The notes beneath the pieces were generated by a model that saw only the letters and a list, made by a program, of their open reading frames with translations, was not told the DNA's origin and did no database searches. Below, in pieces: positions 1 through 8,411 of a DNA stretch of 44,018 bases. The translations under genes and the position numbers were made by a program. Origin of the DNA: an uncultured Bacilli bacterium (lineage in GTDB: Bacteria > Bacillota_I > Bacilli_A > RF39 > UBA660); assembly GCA_947588975.1 (NCBI GenBank), contig CANQAF010000002.1, positions 1 through 44,018 of the forward strand, read 5' to 3'. The stretch's first letter is position 1; each line of letters begins with the position of its first letter.

Positions 1-67
1 AATTTGACAAATTAAAAATTATAAGATACAATGAAGATGTTCTCATAAATAACACAGAGGTGAAAAT

Positions 68-688
68 GTGAAAAAAGAGCACAAAAAAACATGGAAAAAA
101 TGGGGTATGTTTTTTAGTATCTGTCTTATGTTACTTGGAACATTTTGTGTAAAAAATATAATAGATACCAATCCAAAAAAATTATTTGCTGGAAATCAAA
201 ATGATTTTGCATATATGCCAAATAAAAGTACTGTTGTCTTAGAATATCTTCAAAAAGAAGTAGAGAATAAAATTGTATATGATAATTTAACAATGGATCA
301 ATTAATTGAAAAATTAAATCGTTCTTTAAAAGGTAAATTAGCTGGAACTGGAGAACAAATTGCTACAAAAAGTTTAGAATTAGGCATTGATCCATATTTA
401 GCAGTTGCAATCATGTTACATGAAACAGGATGTAATGGTACTTGTAGTAAATTAGTAGAAACATGCAATAATGTTGGTGGTATGAAAGGTAGCCCTGGAT
501 GTAATGGAGGCTCTTATATTCAATATGATACTATCCAACAAGGTATTGATTCTTTTATGAATAATTTATATCGTAATTATATTGCAAAAGGACTTACTAC
601 TCCTGAACAAATTAATGTTAGATATGCAGCAAGTAAAACATGGGCAAGTAAAGTAATTTATTATATTGATAAAATTAAAGCTTCATAA
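68..688 (+). CDS. Membrane-anchored cell-wall hydrolase, glucosaminidase-like (mannosyl-glycoprotein endo-beta-N-acetylglucosaminidase family)
   Basis: GTG start 4 nt after GAGGTGA. The N-terminus is Lys-rich followed by a hydrophobic anchor (MKKEHKKTWKKWGMFFSICLMLLGTFCV). The block LAVAIMLHETG...NNVGGMKG resembles the catalytic-Glu and NN.fGiK motifs of the glucosaminidase domain. A hairpin terminator follows. Confidence 0.55.
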   Translation: MKKEHKKTWKKWGMFFSICLMLLGTFCVKNIIDTNPKKLFAGNQNDFAYMPNKSTVVLEYLQKEVENKIVYDNLTMDQLIEKLNRSLKGKLAGTGEQIATKSLELGIDPYLAVAIMLHETGCNGTCSKLVETCNNVGGMKGSPGCNGGSYIQYDTIQQGIDSFMNNLYRNYIAKGLTTPEQINVRYAASKTWASKVIYYIDKIKAS

Positions 689-704
689 TTCAGAAGCTTT
701 TTTC
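678..704 (+). terminator. Rho-independent terminator
   Basis: AAGCTTC - 8 nt loop - GAAGCTT followed by a T-run. It overlaps the stop codon of the upstream gene. Confidence 0.6.
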
Positions 705-726
705 ATATCATGAATTGGTGAAGTAT

Positions 727-960
727 ATGCGCTTATCGGATTTGCAAAATAAAGATGTTGTAAATATGGAAGACGGGAAAAAAATTGGAAACATTATAGA
801 CGTAATTATTGATAGAGAAGGGAATATGCAATCTCTTATTGTTCAAAAAAATAAATTTATTTCCAACTTTTTTAGTAATAAAGATGAATTAGAGGTAAAA
901 TGGCAACAGATTCAAAAAATTGGTGAAGATGTCATTTTAGTGAGTATGGTAATCTATTAA
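727..960 (+). CDS. YlmC/YmxH-family PRC-barrel sporulation protein
   Basis: MRLSDLQNKDVVNMEDGKKIGNIIDVIIDREGNMQSLIV is the typical N-terminus of this small PRC-barrel family. ATG at 727 with GGTGA upstream is preferred over the TTG at 715 used by the ORF track. Confidence 0.75.
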   Translation: MRLSDLQNKDVVNMEDGKKIGNIIDVIIDREGNMQSLIVQKNKFISNFFSNKDELEVKWQQIQKIGEDVILVSMVIY

Positions 961-991
961 AAAACATGGTATAATGAGATAGGTGATACTT

Positions 992-1996
992 ATGAAAATC
1001 TTATTATATACTGAATTTGAGCATCTGAATAGAAAATCAGGATTAGGAAAAGCAATTCGTCATCAAATGCAAGCATTAACTGAACACCATATTGAATACA
1101 CAACCGATCCAAAATGCAAAGATTACGACATCATCCATATTAATTTTTATGGTCCAAGAAGCTATTTACTTGCAAAAAAAGCTAAAAAAATGAGAAAAAA
1201 GGTCATTTATCATGCGCATTCTACTGAGGAAGATTTTCGCAATTCTTTTATCTTTTCCAACACAATTGCACCATTGTTCAAAAAATGGATCTGCAAATGT
1301 TATCGTTTAGGTGATCATATTATTACACCAACTGAATACTCTAAAAAATTACTTGAAAATTATCATTTAAACCGACCAATTACTGCTATTTCAAATGGTA
1401 TTGATATGCAATTTTTTATGCATGATGAAAAGAAAGGACAAGCTTTTCGTAACGCATATGGATATCAAAAAAACGATAAAGTCATTATGGGCGTAGGACT
1501 TTATTTGGAACGTAAAGGAATTCTCACATTTGTGGAACTTGCCAAACGTATGCCAGAATATAAATTCATTTGGTTTGGTTATTCTCCACTTACATTTTCT
1601 CCTAGAAAAATTAAAAAAGCAGTTCATACAAAACTAGATAATTTAGTATTTGCTGGATATGTAGAACCAGAAATTTTACGTGGAGCATATAGTGGGGCAG
1701 ATTTATATTTATTTCCAACATTAGAAGAAACAGAAGGAATTCCTATTTTAGAAGCATTGACTGCTAAAATTCCAACTATTGTAAATGATATTCCTGTATT
1801 TGAATTTTTAGAAGATAAAAAGGACGTATATAAAGCTAAAACATTAGATGAATGGCAAGAAACCATCCATAACATTCTAACTGGGAAATTACCGTCTTTA
1901 GCAGAAAATGGATACCATAAAGTAGAATCACGTGAAATAAAGTATACTGGTCAACAATTAATTGAACTATATAAAAAAGTCTTAAAGGAAAAGTAG
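992..1996 (+). CDS. GT4-family glycosyltransferase (glycosyl transferase group 1), possibly a diacylglycerol glycolipid synthase
   Basis: GT-B layout with C-terminal E..EGIPILEAL-type motif (LEETEGIPILEALTAKIPTIVNDIP). Extended -10 TGgTATAAT at 967-975 and AGGTGA RBS before ATG 992. The glycolipid role is inferred from resemblance to monoglycosyl-DAG synthases. Confidence 0.7.
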   Translation: MKILLYTEFEHLNRKSGLGKAIRHQMQALTEHHIEYTTDPKCKDYDIIHINFYGPRSYLLAKKAKKMRKKVIYHAHSTEEDFRNSFIFSNTIAPLFKKWICKCYRLGDHIITPTEYSKKLLENYHLNRPITAISNGIDMQFFMHDEKKGQAFRNAYGYQKNDKVIMGVGLYLERKGILTFVELAKRMPEYKFIWFGYSPLTFSPRKIKKAVHTKLDNLVFAGYVEPEILRGAYSGADLYLFPTLEETEGIPILEALTAKIPTIVNDIPVFEFLEDKKDVYKAKTLDEWQETIHNILTGKLPSLAENGYHKVESREIKYTGQQLIELYKKVLKEK

Positions 1997-2014
1997 AAAA
2001 CTTTTCCTTTTTTT
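1986..2014 (+). terminator. Rho-independent terminator
   Basis: AGGAAAAG - 7 nt loop - CTTTTCCT followed by TTTTTT. Confidence 0.65.
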
Positions 2015-2037
2015 GTTATAATGAGTAAGGTGATTCT

Positions 2038-3057
2038 ATGCAACGAAAACTGAATTATGTGATTTGGATTGCAATTCCTATTTTATTGATTCTTTTTGTC
2101 ATTTTCTATTTTTGTACTAAGAATGTAGAAAATACATTTACCAAAAATTTATTTTATATGGATACTTATATTTATATCAAAATAGAAAATCAATCCAAAG
2201 AAAAGGCTGAAGAAGCATTTCAACATATTGAACAAATTTATCAAGAATATCATCAACTTGCCGATCGATATCAAGCATATGATGGTATCAATAATTTATA
2301 TACAATTCATTATAATACAGATCCAAGTGAAACTTTGACACTAGATCCTAGATTATATCAGATGCTTACATTTGGAAAAGAATGGTATGTAATCAGTAAT
2401 GGCAAAATTGACATTAGTATGGGTAATATCATAGATGTTTGGAAACAATATCGAACCACCCAAACAGGAGTTCCAACCTTAGAAGAATTAACGTTAAATG
2501 ATACAGGTTCTATTAAAGATATTGTATTATTAGAAAATAATCAAATTCAAAATACGCATCCTAATATTGATTTAGGAGCAATTGCTAAAGGATATGCTAC
2601 TGAAAAAGTAGGGGAATATCTAGAATCAATTGGAATTACAAATTATATTATCAATGCAGGCGGAAATGTTAAAGTAGGAACCCCATATCAAAAGGAAAAA
2701 TATGCAATTGGTATTGAAGACCCTAATAGTCAATCTGGTGATATCTTTAAAGTAGTCTATGGTCAAAATATAAGTGTAGTGACAAGTGGGGGATATGAGC
2801 GATACTATGAATATAATGGTCAAAAATATCATCATATTATTGATCCAGATACAAATATGCCTAGTAATTGGATGAAAAGTGTTACAATTATTACGAAAGA
2901 TAGTTCCTTAGGAGATATTTTATCTACTTTATTATTTTTATTACCAATTGAAGAAGGACAAGAATTTATAAAACAATTTGATGCAGAAGCAATTTGGTAT
3001 ACAAATGAGGATACTATCATTACATCTGAGGGAATTGAAATTTATGAACAAAAATGA
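2038..3057 (+). CDS. apbE: FAD:protein FMN transferase (ApbE family), membrane-anchored or lipoprotein-like
   Basis: ApbE hallmarks are DLGAIAKGYA, NAGGNV, VVTSGGYERY and HHIIDPDT. It has an N-terminal hydrophobic anchor. An extended -10 (TGTTATAAT) and AAGGTGA RBS lie upstream. Confidence 0.85.
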   Translation: MQRKLNYVIWIAIPILLILFVIFYFCTKNVENTFTKNLFYMDTYIYIKIENQSKEKAEEAFQHIEQIYQEYHQLADRYQAYDGINNLYTIHYNTDPSETLTLDPRLYQMLTFGKEWYVISNGKIDISMGNIIDVWKQYRTTQTGVPTLEELTLNDTGSIKDIVLLENNQIQNTHPNIDLGAIAKGYATEKVGEYLESIGITNYIINAGGNVKVGTPYQKEKYAIGIEDPNSQSGDIFKVVYGQNISVVTSGGYERYYEYNGQKYHHIIDPDTNMPSNWMKSVTIITKDSSLGDILSTLLFLLPIEEGQEFIKQFDAEAIWYTNEDTIITSEGIEIYEQK

Positions 3058-3400
3058 TCAAACATTAATTGGTTGTATTGTAATCATATGTTTATTATTT
3101 ATTGTTACATTGAATCATTCAGATCATAACGTTGCAGTCGTATATTATAAAAATGAAATAATCAAAAAAATTGATCTTTCTTTAGATGACATCAAAGAAT
3201 ATCAAGTAAATGGCGAAAATGGAATAGTAACACTTGAAGTCAATCGAGGACGTATTCGTGTAAAAGATGAAAATAGTCCCTTACATTTATGTTCTAAGCA
3301 AGGATATATTAGTAAAAGTACAGAAAGCATCGTTTGTTTACCAAATAAAATTGTAATACAAATTGAACAAAACAATGATATAGATACGGTGGTAAAATAA
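3044..3400 (+). CDS. NusG domain II-containing small membrane-anchored protein
   Basis: The internal ATG at 3044 overlaps the apbE stop by 14 nt. One N-terminal TM helix is followed by a beta-rich domain (VNGENGIVTLEVNRGRIRVKDENSPLHLCSKQGYI...IVCLPNKIVIQIE) that matches the NusG_II (formerly DUF1312) pattern with conserved Cys residues. Confidence 0.7.
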   Translation: MNKNDQTLIGCIVIICLLFIVTLNHSDHNVAVVYYKNEIIKKIDLSLDDIKEYQVNGENGIVTLEVNRGRIRVKDENSPLHLCSKQGYISKSTESIVCLPNKIVIQIEQNNDIDTVVK

Positions 3401-3401
3401 T

Positions 3402-3896
3402 ATGACATATCAAAAACTTACAAGATTATCTATGTATTTAACGCTAGCTATTATATTCAGTATTCTTGAAAGTATGATTCCGATCAATTATATGATTCCT
3501 GGTATTAAACTAGGTTGTGCGAATATTATTCTTGTGTTAGTACTTTATCAATATGGAATTCGTGAAGCACTTGCGATTGCAGTTTTACGCGTTATATTAA
3601 TGGGTATCTTACGAACAGGATTATTTAGTGTTACTTTTTTCTTTAGTTTATTTGGAACTTTATTTAGTGTTATTAGTATGTACCTTACTAAAAAAACTCA
3701 TTTATCAGTGATAGGAGTTAGTATAGTTGGGGCTATATTTCATAGTATTGGACAATTATTAGCAGCTATGTTATTTTTACATCTTCATATGTTAATCTAT
3801 TATTTACCTTGGATGATACTTGGATCTATTGTAACTGGAATGATTATTGGGTATTTATCGCAATATCTATTAAAGCAACTAGAAAAGACATTGTAA
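3402..3896 (+). CDS. Gx transporter family protein (often annotated heptaprenyl diphosphate synthase component I)
   Basis: The ATG lies 1 nt after the upstream stop (TAAtATG). The product is a small polytopic membrane protein of about 164 aa. Its N-terminal LESMIP...IPGIKLGCANII motif is typical of this family. Confidence 0.7.
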   Translation: MTYQKLTRLSMYLTLAIIFSILESMIPINYMIPGIKLGCANIILVLVLYQYGIREALAIAVLRVILMGILRTGLFSVTFFFSLFGTLFSVISMYLTKKTHLSVIGVSIVGAIFHSIGQLLAAMLFLHLHMLIYYLPWMILGSIVTGMIIGYLSQYLLKQLEKTL

Positions 3897-3943
3897 TTAT
3901 GTATAAAATAAGTTATAATATCAAAAGAATAGGAGAAAAAAAT

Positions 3944-4435
3944 ATGAATAAATTCAAAAAATATGGGATGTTATTGATCACAATTTTAATATTATCTGGA
4001 TGTGAAAAAATTGAACCAGAAGGGATCTATCAACAAGGAACTTATACTGGTGTTGTTCCATATGAATCTTATGGAACACAATATGTAACACTTGCCACTA
4101 TTTATGTAGGGAAAAATGGAAATATTGAAAGTTGTTATATTGATTCTACTTATCAAACCGCAGATGGCGTTATCACCACAAAAAAAGCATTACATGATGA
4201 CTATAATATGAAGTCAACATCCGCTAGTATTGGAGTGATTCCTGGTGGAGCTGAATGGTATGAACAAGTAGAACAAATTGAACAAAAAGTACTTGAAGAG
4301 CAAAATTTAGATTGGGTTCGTTGGTCAGATGATACCCAAACAAAATTAGATTTAGATACAATTAGTGGGGTTACTATTACAGCAGATACTTATATTCGTG
4401 CCATTGAACAAGCATTATCACAAGCAAAAAAATAA
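3944..4435 (+). CDS. FMN-binding-domain lipoprotein, candidate ApbE flavinylation substrate
   Basis: AGGAGA RBS 7 nt before ATG 3944. Lipobox ILSGC. The C-terminal LDLDTISGVTITADTYIRAIEQAL resembles the vDavSGAT.s...A...Al acceptor motif of FMN_bind domains (NqrC, RnfG, PplA). A hairpin terminator follows. Confidence 0.65.
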   Translation: MNKFKKYGMLLITILILSGCEKIEPEGIYQQGTYTGVVPYESYGTQYVTLATIYVGKNGNIESCYIDSTYQTADGVITTKKALHDDYNMKSTSASIGVIPGGAEWYEQVEQIEQKVLEEQNLDWVRWSDDTQTKLDLDTISGVTITADTYIRAIEQALSQAKK

Positions 4436-4454
4436 GAGATTCTCTTATTTTTAT

Positions 4455-4483
4455 TTGACAAAATATTCGATTTTATATATAAT
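4455..4483 (+). promoter_or_regulatory. Sigma-A-type promoter
   Basis: TTGACA (4455-4460), 17-nt spacer, TATAAT (4478-4483), about 28 nt upstream of the ATG at 4511. GAAAGGGGA RBS. Confidence 0.55.
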
Positions 4484-4510
4484 AGCAACTACATATGAAA
4501 GGGGATTTAT

Positions 4511-5164
4511 ATGACAAATATTGTAGAACAACAATTTTGGAAAAAATGGAAAAAAATCTTAAAAAAAAGTCCAATCAATAATATGATACATTCACAAAAA
4601 GAATTATTTCAACAATATCCTATAAAACTCATTGTAAAAAACGGAAATATTCTTGGATATGAAAGAGGAATTTGGACAAATGATGGACAATTAACAACTG
4701 GAATTTCTGTTTTAATAGAGAATAATCAAATAATATGCCATTTAGCAGATTCATCTCGAAGACAATATCCTAATATAAATTATATATATGACTATAATAA
4801 TTCTTTAAAAGGTGGATATTTACAAACACAATATAAACAAACTACTGATTCCAACGTATTTAAAGTAAAAGAATTGTCTTATTTTAAGAAAAATGGAAAT
4901 GAATACTGTCGATCAAAAGAAATAAGAGATAAATTTAATTCATTAAAATTAGTTGAAAATATTGAAATGATTGGTAATGTAGTTGTTAGACATCAATGTA
5001 TAGATAATCATTCAGAATATTATATATATTTATTATCTTCAGATGAACAATTAGCACTTAAATTTGGGCATCAAGCACTCCCATACCCATTAGAGCCAAT
5101 TGATGAGAAAACTTATTTAAGTTTTTATAATAATGATTATTTTAAACAATTATTGAAGCGTTAA
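4511..5164 (+). CDS. Hypothetical protein, no recognised domain
   Basis: Clean ORF with a consensus promoter, an RBS and its own palindromic terminator (AAAAGCGCTTTTTTT). I recognise no motif in the 217-aa product. Confidence 0.6.
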   Translation: MTNIVEQQFWKKWKKILKKSPINNMIHSQKELFQQYPIKLIVKNGNILGYERGIWTNDGQLTTGISVLIENNQIICHLADSSRRQYPNINYIYDYNNSLKGGYLQTQYKQTTDSNVFKVKELSYFKKNGNEYCRSKEIRDKFNSLKLVENIEMIGNVVVRHQCIDNHSEYYIYLLSSDEQLALKFGHQALPYPLEPIDEKTYLSFYNNDYFKQLLKR

Positions 5165-5217
5165 AAAGCGCTTTTTTTCTTGTATCAAATTTGATATAAT
5201 GAAGTAGGTGAAGTAAA

Positions 5218-6162
5218 GTGATATATTTATATTATGGGTTGGAATCTTTTTTAATTAAAAAAGAAATAAAATCAATACTTTTAAAAGAACATATCGAAGC
5301 AATTAATCAAAATACGTATGATTTAGAAAATAGTACATTAGATGATATTATTGAAGATGCTTCTACCATGTCTCTTTTTGGTGATAAAAAAGCGATTATT
5401 GTAGAAAATAGCTATATTTTTACGGGAACTACAAATCAAAAATTACCAACTCAAAATATAGATTTATTAAATCAATATTTCCAAAATATAAATAACAATA
5501 CTTTATTATTTTTTATTGTTAACAAAGATAGCATTGATAAACGAAAAAAAATAGTTTCAGAATTAAAAAAAGTAGGCATTATAAAAGAATTTACTACATT
5601 ATCCAATCAATCTGATTATATAAAAACTTTGTTTGAACCCTATCAATTATCATCTTCTGATCTTACTTATTTTCAAGAGAGAGTAGGAAATGATCTTGCA
5701 ACTATAGAACAAGAAATTCAAAAATTAAAAAGTTATAAAGCAGATGATTACAAAATTACCAAACAAGATATTATGGATGTTACTTGTAAAAATGTTGATA
5801 CAGATATTTTTAATTTAATTGATCATATTATTACTGGTAATAAAGCAAAAGCCTTAGAAAGTTACACTATGATGATTCAATTAGGTGAAGAACCTATTAA
5901 AATAGTGATTATGCTTGCGAATCAATTTCGTATCATGTATCAATCAAAGCAAATGTTCAAAAAGGGATATTCAGAAAAAGATATTTCTACTAGATTAAAT
6001 ATTCATCCATATCGTATTAAACTTGCATTACAAAAGAGTCATAATTTTGATGAAGAACTATTATTAGATTATTTAAAAAAATTATCAAATCTAGATTATG
6101 AAATGAAAAGTGGTAAAATTGATAAAAATATTGGTTTAGAACTATTTATTTTAAGTATATAA
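5218..6162 (+). CDS. holA: DNA polymerase III subunit delta
   Basis: GTG start after AGGTGAAG. The N-terminus YLYYG.E.FLI...I and overall size fit HolA. The C-terminal helical domain carries the typical LA.QFR....K motif (IMLANQFRIMYQSKQM). Confidence 0.8.
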   Translation: MIYLYYGLESFLIKKEIKSILLKEHIEAINQNTYDLENSTLDDIIEDASTMSLFGDKKAIIVENSYIFTGTTNQKLPTQNIDLLNQYFQNINNNTLLFFIVNKDSIDKRKKIVSELKKVGIIKEFTTLSNQSDYIKTLFEPYQLSSSDLTYFQERVGNDLATIEQEIQKLKSYKADDYKITKQDIMDVTCKNVDTDIFNLIDHIITGNKAKALESYTMMIQLGEEPIKIVIMLANQFRIMYQSKQMFKKGYSEKDISTRLNIHPYRIKLALQKSHNFDEELLLDYLKKLSNLDYEMKSGKIDKNIGLELFILSI

Positions 6163-6163
6163 A

Positions 6164-6186
6164 AACAACAGAAATCTGTTGTTTTA
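6164..6186. terminator. Bidirectional rho-independent terminator between holA and the pilus ATPase
   Basis: AACAACAG-AAAT-CTGTTGTT flanked by A-runs and T-runs on both sides. Confidence 0.6.
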
Positions 6187-7800
6187 AAAATCCATATTCA
6201 TAAGATCATCATCGTCATTGATATCTGTTAATGGTTCTTTTTTTTCATTTGAGTTTAATGTAGTTGATTCTGATAAATTTTCATCCAAATCAGAAGTAGG
6301 GGATTTAATGTCATCCCAATTAAAATCAAATTTTGAATTTAAATCATCAGTGGTTGTATCTTGATGATCTATAGATGAGATACTTTTTTCTTCATCTACT
6401 GTTTCTTCTTGAGTAGGTTCTAATATCTTCTTTTCTGTAAAAAGTTGTGTAGATTGTTCTTTCAAATTATTTTTATCTTCTTGAATAGGATTTAACATCT
6501 TATTTTCTGTTGAAGATTGTGTGGATTGTTCTTTCGAATTATTATCGTTACTTGATTGAGATATCGAAGTATAATCTAATGCAGATTTCAAGTCATAAGA
6601 TCCACCAACTTTATCATCATTTTCTAATTCAATCAATTTTAATACTTCCTCAAAAGTAGTAAGACCTTCTGCAACCTTTTCAAGACCATCTTCTAATAAA
6701 GTAGTAACATCAGCACTATATACTAATTTACGTAATTGTTCTTTTGGTAAATTACTACTAATTGCATCTTTAATTTCTTGATTCACTAAGAGAACCTCTT
6801 GAATAGCAATACGTCCTTTATAACCATTTCCACATTCTTCACAACCTTCAGTTGTATAGATTTCATCAATATCACGGTGTAATACACGTTTAAATAAATC
6901 TTTTTCATATTGATTTGTTTTTTTCTTTACACGACATTTAGTACATAGACGACGTGCCAATTTTTGTGAAATAATACCTGTTAAAGCACTAGCTAATAAG
7001 TAACGTTCTACTTCCATATCCAATAAACGTTCAATTGTATTTAATGAACTGTTGGTGTGAATTGTAGATAATACAATATGTCCTGTAATTGATGCACGTA
7101 CGGCAATACGTGCTGTTTCAGTATCACGAATTTCTCCAATCATAATTACGTTAGGGTCTTGACGCAAAATAGAACGAAGTGCAGTTGCAAATGTCAAACC
7201 AATTTCGCTATTTGTCTGAACTTGATTAATACCCTCAATATTCATTTCGATAGGGTCTTCTACTGTAATAATATTTGTTTCTTCACGATTTAAACGTTGT
7301 AAAATAGAATATACCGTTGTAGATTTACCAGATCCAGTCGCACCTGTTACTAATATAATTCCATTTGGCAATGAAATCATTTTTAATACTTTTTCGTAAT
7401 TTTTTTCACTAAACCCAAGTGTCTCTAAACCACTAGAACTCATACTATAATCCAAGATACGAATTACTATTTTTTCTCCATCCAAAGTAGGAAGACAAGA
7501 AACACGTAAGTCTAAGTTAATATCTTGTAAAGTAGCTTTAATCGCACCATCTTGTGGTAATCTGGTTTCTGTAATATTCATACCTGAAATGATTTTAATA
7601 CGTGTAATTAAATTCTTTTTGATTGAATTTGGTACTTCTGCATAGTCAATCAAAGCTCCATCAATACGAATACGAATTTTCATATATTGTTCTAATGGAT
7701 CAAAATGAATATCACTTGCGCCTCGTTTACTAGCGTCTACTAAAATATCATTGACAATTTCTACAACCGGTGTTTTATCATAATCGAACTTTCTTAACAT
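6184..7800 (-). CDS. Type IV pilus / competence pseudopilus assembly ATPase (GspE/PilB/ComGA family) with a C-terminal acidic low-complexity tail of about 147 aa
   Basis: Walker A GATGSGKS, Asp box TVEDPIE, Walker B VIMIGEIRD, His box TGHIVLSTIHTN, and tetracysteine CTKC...CEEC. It lacks a long N1 domain, as ComGA does. Residues about 392-538 are Asp/Glu/Ser/Thr/Asn-rich. Confidence 0.9.
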   Translation of the reverse strand: MLRKFDYDKTPVVEIVNDILVDASKRGASDIHFDPLEQYMKIRIRIDGALIDYAEVPNSIKKNLITRIKIISGMNITETRLPQDGAIKATLQDINLDLRVSCLPTLDGEKIVIRILDYSMSSSGLETLGFSEKNYEKVLKMISLPNGIILVTGATGSGKSTTVYSILQRLNREETNIITVEDPIEMNIEGINQVQTNSEIGLTFATALRSILRQDPNVIMIGEIRDTETARIAVRASITGHIVLSTIHTNSSLNTIERLLDMEVERYLLASALTGIISQKLARRLCTKCRVKKKTNQYEKDLFKRVLHRDIDEIYTTEGCEECGNGYKGRIAIQEVLLVNQEIKDAISSNLPKEQLRKLVYSADVTTLLEDGLEKVAEGLTTFEEVLKLIELENDDKVGGSYDLKSALDYTSISQSSNDNNSKEQSTQSSTENKMLNPIQEDKNNLKEQSTQLFTEKKILEPTQEETVDEEKSISSIDHQDTTTDDLNSKFDFNWDDIKSPTSDLDENLSESTTLNSNEKKEPLTDINDDDDLMNMDF

Positions 7801-7906
7801 GGTTCACTTCCCCTTTAAATTTCTTTTTATTCACTTAGGACTAGCTTTTATCCTGAATATATTATATAATAGTTTTGAGATAATTACAATAAAAAGGAGT
7901 TAACTT

Positions 7907-8398
7907 ATGAAAAAAAATAAGAAAGGTTTTACCTTAATGGAAACACTTTTAGTTTCTGCTTTTATCATTGGTACGCTTGTATATTTATTTGTTCAATTTT
8001 CAAACATAAAAACAGTTTATGATACTAGTTTTAAACGTGATACCATCCCTGAAATATATTATGTACAAAACCTTAATTTGTATTTATCTAGTACAGATAT
8101 TAATAAAATTATTTCAGGTTTACAAACCAATAATTATGTAGAAATTGAAAATTGTATATTTACTGTTTCAGGTACAGATTATTGTAAAAAGTTGATGCAA
8201 ATGGCAAACGTAAAAAAAGCAATTGTTGTAAAAGATCAATTATCTGCATTAAAAGAACAACTAAAAAATAGTGCAACCAATCCATTCAGTGAAACAATGT
8301 ATCAATACATTATGGATTTATCTACATTTGATTTAGAGAAAAATCGTCTAATTGTTGAATTTACAAATGGAACAGTTGCTTCGCTAGTCATGAAGTAG
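7907..8398 (+). CDS. Prepilin-type N-terminal cleavage/methylation domain protein (type IV pilin or pseudopilin)
   Basis: MKKNKKG|FTLMETLLV has the class III signal, with Gly-1, Phe+1, Glu+5 and a hydrophobic helix. AAAGGAG RBS. Confidence 0.8.
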   Translation: MKKNKKGFTLMETLLVSAFIIGTLVYLFVQFSNIKTVYDTSFKRDTIPEIYYVQNLNLYLSSTDINKIISGLQTNNYVEIENCIFTVSGTDYCKKLMQMANVKKAIVVKDQLSALKEQLKNSATNPFSETMYQYIMDLSTFDLEKNRLIVEFTNGTVASLVMK

Positions 8399-8411
8399 AA
8401 AGGAAATCTAT

